The notes under the pieces were generated by a model that was not told where the DNA came from, searched no databases, and saw only the letters and a program-made list of their open reading frames with translations. Shown here one piece after another: positions 25,539-32,000 of a stretch of DNA of 32,000 nt; position 1 is the stretch's first letter; every line of letters begins with the position of its first letter. The stretch is from Desulfocapsa sulfexigens DSM 10523 (lineage in GTDB: Bacteria; Desulfobacterota; Desulfobulbia; Desulfobulbales; Desulfocapsaceae). The position numbers and the translations under genes are program-made. The stretch is from NCBI RefSeq assembly GCF_000341395.1, contig NC_020304.1, positions 240,001-272,000 of the forward strand. Reading direction: 5' to 3'.

Positions 25539-26137
25539 CTTTGTTGTTTTTCCTTATGCACAGATTTGTCTGGGTGATATTTGCTATTTACGTACAAGTA
25601 TAAAGATGAAGCGCTGAATAAAATTAGTGAAAACACAACGGTGATTATCACGGCAATCGTAATTGTGCATTGCTGAGGATATTTCAAAAGCATATAAACA
25701 TAGGCAGTAAGCCCTGTAAAAATACCAACCTGCATTGATACAAAAAAGTTGAGCAAAGTGTGTGAACTTGTCCATTTGAATGCGTTAAATGATGTGCTCA
25801 AGTACATCTGGTTGTGAAATTTGTTTTCTTCAAGTTGTTCCAAACTATATCGGCGAATGGAGTTCACCTGCCTAACAGGGTAAATAAAATATAATCGGGT
25901 CTGTATTAAAACGGTAAATATTGAAAGCAACCCGATTGTTGCCACCAATGAAATAATGAATGTGAATTCCCAAAAAAATTGTTCCGCGTTGCCACTTAAC
26001 TGATAAATTGCTAGCAGCAATGAAGGAATTGCGCCACTCAACCCTGATGCATACTTAACAAGTGCTTGGTGTCTTTCATCGTAATACTTTATAAGAGAAA
26101 AACATTGCTCGTATTCTGTTTTTAAAAAATCATCCAT
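25535..26137 (-). CDS. Four-TM membrane protein, translationally coupled to the MBL gene
   Basis: Four predicted hydrophobic helices (two N-terminal, two C-terminal) around a basic linker. ATGA overlap at 25535-25538. Confidence 0.75.
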   Translation of the reverse strand: MDDFLKTEYEQCFSLIKYYDERHQALVKYASGLSGAIPSLLLAIYQLSGNAEQFFWEFTFIISLVATIGLLSIFTVLIQTRLYFIYPVRQVNSIRRYSLEQLEENKFHNQMYLSTSFNAFKWTSSHTLLNFFVSMQVGIFTGLTAYVYMLLKYPQQCTITIAVIITVVFSLILFSASSLYLYVNSKYHPDKSVHKEKQQR

Positions 26138-26433
26138 AAAAATTCCCGCTGATTATTTTTGTAGCCTAACCATTGATTAACAGGTCTCATTGCCCTGATA
26201 ATACCTAAAATACAACATTATCACTACAAAGATACCAGTTTTGTACTTAACTTATGAAATATACTAAAAATTCCCCTAAGTAAAGGGATACCGCTTATAA
26301 ATTATGTTTCTCTCAGTTTTTAAAACTGAGCCGCCGGAGGCATAATCTTCTAAATTCTTTTGCAGTTCAGTCTTTTTCCCCGATAGAATATTCTCACGCA
26401 CTGGCAAAGAAAAAAGGGCTTTCGCCCCTCCTT

Positions 26434-26613
26434 CTATTTATTTGCACAAATATTATTAATTTTATATTTCAAATCGTCTATCCATTCCCCTATCTGGTAA
26501 CATTTTTCCAATAATTCAGATTCTTTTTCATCGTCTTCAGTTTTTAAAAATTCATTGTAATAAAAATCGTACAAGTCATTCCAATTTTTTAAAATCGTAT
26601 TTAATTCTTTCAT
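26434..26613 (-). CDS. Small hypothetical protein (59 aa), absent from the ORF track
   Basis: Own translation: MKELNTILKNWNDLYDFYYNEFLKTEDDEKESELLEKCYQIGEWIDDLKYKINNICANK*, with a perfect AGGAGG Shine-Dalgarno. Confidence 0.65.
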   Translation of the reverse strand: MKELNTILKNWNDLYDFYYNEFLKTEDDEKESELLEKCYQIGEWIDDLKYKINNICANK

Positions 26614-27114
26614 GGTGAACCTCCTTTAAATTAATAAAAATAAAAAACGTTCACCGGTTCAGCGAAAATGGAGCGGTTCTGTCAATAAAAAAATGCCCCT
26701 GCCAGATATGATTGATTATTGAAAAAGCAAAACAAGGAAGATTTAAATCGAAGAAAATTTTTTTATTTACAGGTTCGTGGAATGTCCCCGCTATAATTCG
26801 CCTAGAGTGATGATGTATATACCCTACCAGCCTATAAAAATATTTTTTATACACACGGATAGAATTATCCATGAAATATAGTCGCTGAAAGTCGGTTGTT
26901 TTGGGGGCGGCCCCGCAGGCCAATTTGCCAAAACTATAGAAGTTAAAAAAACAGATGAAATATTAAATTATATGGGAGTACACGCTCTAGGCCACGGGGT
27001 GAAGATGAATCTATCTGTCCTTACTATAGTGGAGAAGCAAACAGTAGGATAATAAAATTTTTGCATGCGGGGGAGCGCTGGCCGCCCCCTGTTATTTCCC
27101 CTGCCCTTCCAGCT

Positions 27115-27738
27115 TTATAGAATTTTTTTGACAGTTTTAATCTCGTCTCGGTTCAATGAAAACTCAGTTCCTTCCATGTTAGTTATGGTGTACATTTCAC
27201 CAATTTTTGTTGCGCTTTTTGCCTTAATTATCGAGCCATTAACAAGTTCAACCTGATAATAACGAAATTTTTCTGGTGGGTGGTAAGGTGGTTTAATTGG
27301 TGAGGTGTTAACAGTTTGAATATTGGATTTATATTTATTTTTTTGCAGTGCCAGTGCTTTTTGTATCGCCTTATCTAATTCTTTTTTGGTTACTGGATTA
27401 TCTTCCGAAGGATGACTCCTTTTCTCAGGTCTATTCGGTCTTGTCGTGATTGCTGGAAGTTCTGTAGCTCTTTGCGGATTGATTGCCACTGGATCTGAAA
27501 ATTCATTGGAATATTTCACATACATGAAATAGCCACCATAACCGACCATCCCAATACCAATGAATGATAGGATAAAAAATGTTACTGATTGTGTTACATT
27601 TGAACGATTCGGTCTTTTTGGTACAACTGGTTCTTGCCCAGCTTCAGAAAATTCACTTTGCCAGAATTTACTATCTTGTTTTCTTTTACCATGAATTTTA
27701 TTGATTAAAACTTTTGTGACTTTTGTAGGTTCGTTCAT
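27115..27738 (-). CDS. Single-TM hypothetical protein (207 aa)
   Basis: TM 'VTFFILSFIGIGMVGYGGYFMYV' followed by a linker and a C-terminal 'YQVELVNGSIIKAKSATKIGEMYTITNMEGTEFSLNRDEIKTVKKIL' domain. Confidence 0.65.
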   Translation of the reverse strand: MNEPTKVTKVLINKIHGKRKQDSKFWQSEFSEAGQEPVVPKRPNRSNVTQSVTFFILSFIGIGMVGYGGYFMYVKYSNEFSDPVAINPQRATELPAITTRPNRPEKRSHPSEDNPVTKKELDKAIQKALALQKNKYKSNIQTVNTSPIKPPYHPPEKFRYYQVELVNGSIIKAKSATKIGEMYTITNMEGTEFSLNRDEIKTVKKIL

Positions 27739-28291
27739 TTTAATTTAAACAATTAATATTGTAATATTTCACATAAAAGTTTCTTTTATCTGATTTTTGT
27801 TTAAACGATCTAGATCTCTCTCTTACTTCTTTCCCAAATAGACAAAAAATGCATAAAACATCCAAAAGGTGTGACAAGAGTAGAAATACACCAAAAAGAT
27901 GTTTCGACGGAATTCAATGATATAACGAAAAAAGTAACACAAAAATCAATAAAAACGCAAACAAAAGCCAGGGTAAAAATGAAAAGTTTGAAACTAATTG
28001 AAGTAATGCTTGAGGCATTTATTTGACATAGATACAATAATAAAAATGGTTGAGATTGCACAAAAAGAGAAAGAATTGATGGTAACCAGATGAATAAAAA
28101 AAAGAAAAAATATTATTGATTCTTCTATTTATAGTCTACACAGTTGGTGTTTTTGTTTACTCAGCATCACCACTCCATGCAGCCCCCCCACTAAATCAGT
28201 CGGTATAAATTTAGACAATGCCGACATCAAGAAACACATAAAATATATCATTGAATTAACAGGAAAAAAATCCTAGTAGATAACCAGGTGA

Positions 28292-29129
28292 ATTGTTGTT
28301 TTCAAAAATTATATAACTGTCGCCCAGGACTATTTCAAAAATACCAATGTTAAAGCGATACAGTTTGCACAGCTTGAAGATTTTATAGATTCATTAACCT
28401 GTGGTAAAAAAACCAAAGCCAATTACCTTTCCTCAATTCATAACTTCTACCGCTGGCTCCAACAAAGAAGAGAGACTAGCAATAATGATTTTCCAGAATT
28501 TCGACAATCAGTTATGAGCTCGGATTCAGGAAAACAGTAGATAAAGAAACCCAACAGGCAATTATAGCCCAGGTAAAAAAATCTCATATCACGTGAGCCC
28601 TAAAATATGGCTCGATATCAAGTGGCTTTCAACCTACATATCAATACGGCCCAATGAGCTTAGAAACATCAAGGAGAGCCATATAGACCTTAAACAAGGG
28701 TTTATATTCATCCCCCACCCAAAAGAAAAAAGGCCTAAGTATGTACCACTTGTTCACGACGACATTGAATTTTTAAAAACCTTTCCACGCTCATCCCCTG
28801 AAATGTATTTTTTCAGACATGAAAAAGGAATAAAAGGAGCTACCCCGGGTAGCCAGTTTGGTACGAATATATTTTATACTTTGTGGAAACGGGCTTGTAA
28901 GGATTTGGGAATTGAGGGAATAGATTTGTATGGTGGTACTCGACACAGTTCAGCAGTTGATTTAAGAAACTATGCAACACCAGAGCAAATTAAGCGTGCA
29001 AAAATGCATACAACGAATAAAGCTTTCGAAAGATATTTTCAGGTTTCGAAGGAAGAATTACAAGAAATGTATGAGTATACAAAGTGTGATACGCCTGTGA
29101 CACCAAAAAAGAAAAGGCACACCAGCTAA
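28292..29129 (+). pseudogene. Phage-type tyrosine recombinase/integrase, frame-disrupted
   Basis: Frame 2: '...VAQDYFKNTNVKAIQFAQLEDFIDSLTCGKKTKANYLSSIHNFYRWLQQRRE'. Frame 1: 'VDKETQQAIIAQVKK'. Frame 0: 'ISYHVSPKIWLDIKW...GGTRHSSAVDL...TTNKAFERYF'. Catalytic R-H-R-H/Y elements are visible only by joining frames. Confidence 0.8.
29084..29105 (+). repeat. Right-end tandem 11-mer, matching the left end
   Basis: GTGTGATACGC CTGTGACACCA, same orientation and spacing as 24524-24545. Confidence 0.6.
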
Positions 29130-29153
29130 ATAGCTGATATGCCTTGTACAATT

Positions 29154-29230
29154 TGGTACACTAGGCAGGATTCGAACCTGCGACCCCCTGATTCGTAGTC
29201 AGGTACTCTATCCAGCTGAGCTACTAGTGC
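29154..29230 (-). tRNA. tRNA-Arg (anticodon ACG)
   Basis: Minus strand GCACTAGTAGCTCAGCTGGATAGAGTACCTGACTACGAATCAGGGGGTCGCAGGTTCGAATCCTGCCTAGTGTACCA. Loop CTACGAA, CCA encoded. Confidence 0.95.
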
Positions 29231-29286
29231 ATATGGAAGGGTTTATATACCCTAGTTCAATCTTTTCCTCAAGACTGTTTTCAACC

Positions 29287-31317
29287 TTAATTCGCTTTTT
29301 CCTGCTTATGGCAGATAATTTCATGATCCGCAGGTTTCAGGGTTGGATCGGCGACAATAATAATATCTATTTTATTCCGAGATTCCATATCACTGATCTC
29401 GTTACGTTTATTATTAAGGAGATACTGCGCCACATCCAATGGAAAATGACATTCAACCTTCACCACTTCCTTTCTGCTGCCTCCGGTCTGGATGCGTCGC
29501 AGATAGAAAAGCGCGAGAGTCTCAACAGAACGGACAATCCCCCGTCCCTTACAATGCTCACAAACCCGGTAGTTACTGGTCTCAATGGGAGCTCCAAGTT
29601 TTTGCCTGGAAATCTGCATAAGGCCAAACTTCGAAATCCGGCTGATATCAACCTTGGCCCGATCCCGCTTCATGGCATTCTTAACCTGACGCTCAACCTC
29701 ACGAATATTACGGCTGACGCGCATATCAATAAAGTCCACCACAATCAGACCGCCAAGATCACGAAGACGCAATTGACGGGCAAGCTCCGTGGCAGCCTCC
29801 ATATTAGCCTTAAAAATCGATTCCTCAAAGTTCTTGCCCTTACCGGTTGAACCGGAGTTCACGTCAATGGCAACAAGTGCCTCGGTAGGATCAATAACAA
29901 TGGAACCGCCAGAGGGAAGCTGCACCTGAGGCTGATAAATAGACTCAATTTGATCTTCCACATTATACTGGTTAAAAATAGGACGTGTCCCCTTATGCAA
30001 TCTGGCCTTGGCACCTTTCTGCTTGGCAGGAAGCATATCAAGGAAATCCTTAACTTTTTCGAGAGCAGCCAGATCGTCCACCAGAATCTCTTTAATTTCG
30101 GGATCAAAATGCTCCCGAAGAAAACGCAGAACGCAGTCATGATCCTGGTAGACCAGTCCCACACCTTCCATTGCCTGCCCTTTCAGCTTGATCTCATTCC
30201 AGAGCCTTGACAATGAACGGACATCCTTAGTAAGTGCAGTTTTAGTAACATCCATACTTGCTGTACGAACAATCCAGCCCACACCTTCGGGAATATTCAG
30301 AGAACCCATGATTTCACGCAACTGCGAACGACGCTCCTCACCACTGATCTTTCTCGATATTCCAGAAGAATCAGAGCCAGGCATAAGTACCACTCCACGC
30401 CCAGGAATGGAAAGATAGGTGGTCATATTGGCCCCTTTATTTCCCACCTCTTCTTTTACAACCTGAACCAGAACCTCCTGCCCCCGCTCAAGGACATCGG
30501 TTACTCTCAGCTTCTTCCACTGATGCTGTTCAATATAGCGTTTGTTCTCCTCACTGATTTCCTGTTTATAGTATTCAGGATGGATCTCATTAAAGGGAAG
30601 GAAGCCGTTTTTATCAGTACCGTAGTCAACAAAGGCGGCCTGCAGATTACTCTCGATGGCTACTATTTTTGCTTTATAAATATTATTTTTTGTCTGCTTG
30701 GAGGAAAGAGTGGAAACATGAATGGATTCCAGCCGTCCATCAGCGAGAAGCGCAAGACGACACTCCTCTGGTTCTTCAGCATTAACAAGAAGCTTTAACA
30801 GCGGTGGCTTTTCCATGGAAACAGGTTTTTCAACCGCTGGTTCCGGCTGCTTTCCTTTTCCCGGTCCCTTTGCCTGCTGGTTACTCCGCCCACCACGAGG
30901 ACGTGACGGTTTGGTTTTTGGCTTCGCCTCTTCTGAAGTATCAACTTTTACCGGATCTGACCCGTCTGTCATCTGTGATCCAGCAGGCAACTGATCAGCT
31001 TCCACCAACACATCAGGTTGCTTCACCTCTGCCTTTGCCTTCTCCGCAACCTCAGCTGTCGGCTTTTTTCTGGGAACCGGCTTCTTTCGAGGGGCTCGAG
31101 GCTTGGCTGCACTCTTTACAGCTGTTGTTTTTTTTCGTGCCTTAGGAGCGGTTTTTTTCGCAGGCTCTGCCGTTTCAACAACACCTGCTGTGACATCAGG
31201 TACATCTGGAACCGTTTCCTTTTTTTTCGTACTCTTCCACCAGGCACCGGTTGATGCCTTTTTCACAGTTTTTTCCTGCACAGCCTTTTTCTTTGGCTCT
31301 GCTTTTTTGTCTACCAT
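29287..31317 (-). CDS. rng: Ribonuclease E/G family protein with Lys/Ala/Pro-rich N-terminal extension
   Basis: 'IYKAKIVAIESNLQAAFVDYGTDKNGFLPFNEI', 'GGSIVIDPTEALVAIDVNSGS', 'LGGLIVVDFIDM', 'CEHCKGRG'. Confidence 0.92.
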   Translation of the reverse strand: MVDKKAEPKKKAVQEKTVKKASTGAWWKSTKKKETVPDVPDVTAGVVETAEPAKKTAPKARKKTTAVKSAAKPRAPRKKPVPRKKPTAEVAEKAKAEVKQPDVLVEADQLPAGSQMTDGSDPVKVDTSEEAKPKTKPSRPRGGRSNQQAKGPGKGKQPEPAVEKPVSMEKPPLLKLLVNAEEPEECRLALLADGRLESIHVSTLSSKQTKNNIYKAKIVAIESNLQAAFVDYGTDKNGFLPFNEIHPEYYKQEISEENKRYIEQHQWKKLRVTDVLERGQEVLVQVVKEEVGNKGANMTTYLSIPGRGVVLMPGSDSSGISRKISGEERRSQLREIMGSLNIPEGVGWIVRTASMDVTKTALTKDVRSLSRLWNEIKLKGQAMEGVGLVYQDHDCVLRFLREHFDPEIKEILVDDLAALEKVKDFLDMLPAKQKGAKARLHKGTRPIFNQYNVEDQIESIYQPQVQLPSGGSIVIDPTEALVAIDVNSGSTGKGKNFEESIFKANMEAATELARQLRLRDLGGLIVVDFIDMRVSRNIREVERQVKNAMKRDRAKVDISRISKFGLMQISRQKLGAPIETSNYRVCEHCKGRGIVRSVETLALFYLRRIQTGGSRKEVVKVECHFPLDVAQYLLNNKRNEISDMESRNKIDIIIVADPTLKPADHEIICHKQEKAN

Positions 31318-32000
31318 AATTTTCCTTTACCGAAAAAAGCCAGGCTCATTTCGGTACATTTGTGACACCCCTCTTGTAAGGGCTGTTGCATTTTTTAACA
31401 GAAAAAAGACCACTCAGGAGCCATCTTCTTCCCAGCATTATATTTTGTCGTCAATTTGCCAGGCACGGGTTTTCGGGATGTGTTACCCCGCCCCCCGGTC
31501 TTGATGGGAACAGTACTTACCCTCAACACCCCTGCAACGTTTCTGACACTTTTCCTGGACGAGAAATTCAACGTATTATCGCTTAACCCCTCTTCCATAT
31601 ATTTTCCCGGGGATATCCCGGTTCTCATCGCTCTATTGATGCACTGAAAGCTTGCAGCAAAGAACAAATCAATTCATTTATTCACACTACTTTATACTGC
31701 AATCAGCACACTCTTGCAACAGCAGGTGAATCAACAAGGGGGTGGAACCCACTTTTCTCGAAATCCATCAAACAACACATCAACAGGGAAGACTGGCTGA
31801 ACAGCAGAGAAAAAGGCACGGTTGAACGTATGATTGTGTACAGGTAATGCTTTCAGCAGAGAAAGCAAAAAAACACTGTTCATCTTTTCAAAAGCACACT
31901 ACAATGCTACATGCAAAATAAAACAATTTCCCTTTATTATCAAGGCAAATATGTGATTTTAAACTTGACACCAATCGCCCATCCTCGTACATTTCGTACG

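Larger units (their letters stand above)
24452..29156. mobile_element. ~4.7 kb tRNA-Arg-associated genomic island
   Basis: tRNA 3'-end repeats at both ends, broken tyrosine recombinase next to the intact tRNA, 11-bp tandem repeats near both ends, AT-rich accessory genes. Confidence 0.72.

Noticed and set aside
26651-26923. 90-aa minus-strand ORF in the island
   Set aside because: His/Phe/Ile-rich composition with no RBS and no recognisable motif; the opposite strand has a better coding trace.
27810-28061. 83-aa minus-strand hydrophobic ORF
   Set aside because: Low-complexity F/S/L sequence from an AT-rich stretch with no RBS; likely chance ORF.
24600-28300. CRISPR array or retron in AT-rich island intergenic regions
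   Set aside because: No regularly spaced repeats and no Cas or reverse transcriptase ORF in any frame.
29227-29850. 207-aa plus-strand ORF antisense to the RNase E/G gene
   Set aside because: Shadow ORF starting inside tRNA-Arg and running through rng coding sequence.
31395-31667. 90-aa minus-strand ORF upstream of rng
   Set aside because: Sequence composition looks non-coding; more likely leader/regulatory region of rng.

Overview
The window looks like a Desulfobulbales-like or other delta-proteobacterial chromosome segment (inference from protein character only). It splits into a core part and an accessory part. Core, 1-17.8 kb: a PAS-GGDEF cyclase, a PilZ protein, an SBP_bac_3/PAS/HisKA/REC hybrid kinase, divergent ilvY-like / class II ilvC, a HAMP-type GGDEF protein, two small ORFs behind a structured intergenic region, gltB-gltD, and amtB-glnB behind a clear sigma-54 promoter. 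Accessory, 18-29.15 kb: unknown secreted or repeat proteins and a small genomic island. An RNase E/G gene follows on the far right. The most interesting observations are these. (1) A ~4.7 kb island lies at the 3' end of tRNA-Arg(ACG). It has a duplicated tRNA 3' end, 11-bp tandem repeats at both ends, a frame-broken tyrosine recombinase, and the probable native tRNA terminator stranded on the far side. (2) Inside it is a compact two-gene unit (4-TM membrane protein plus ComEC-like metallo-beta-lactamase fold hydrolase, ATGA overlap). It is bounded by GTTAGGC and GCCTAACAAGGCG motifs that look like an integron gene cassette inserted at a non-integron secondary site, and it is a candidate uncharacterised (possibly defence) system. 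(3) A secreted protein with five ~40-aa Cys repeats has its reading frame switched by -1 exactly inside repeat 3 at a T8A7 tract, which could be slippage, decay or a sequencing error. (4) A 436-aa hypothetical protein has a C-terminal half resembling a RelA/SpoT-type fold. No CRISPR array was seen.
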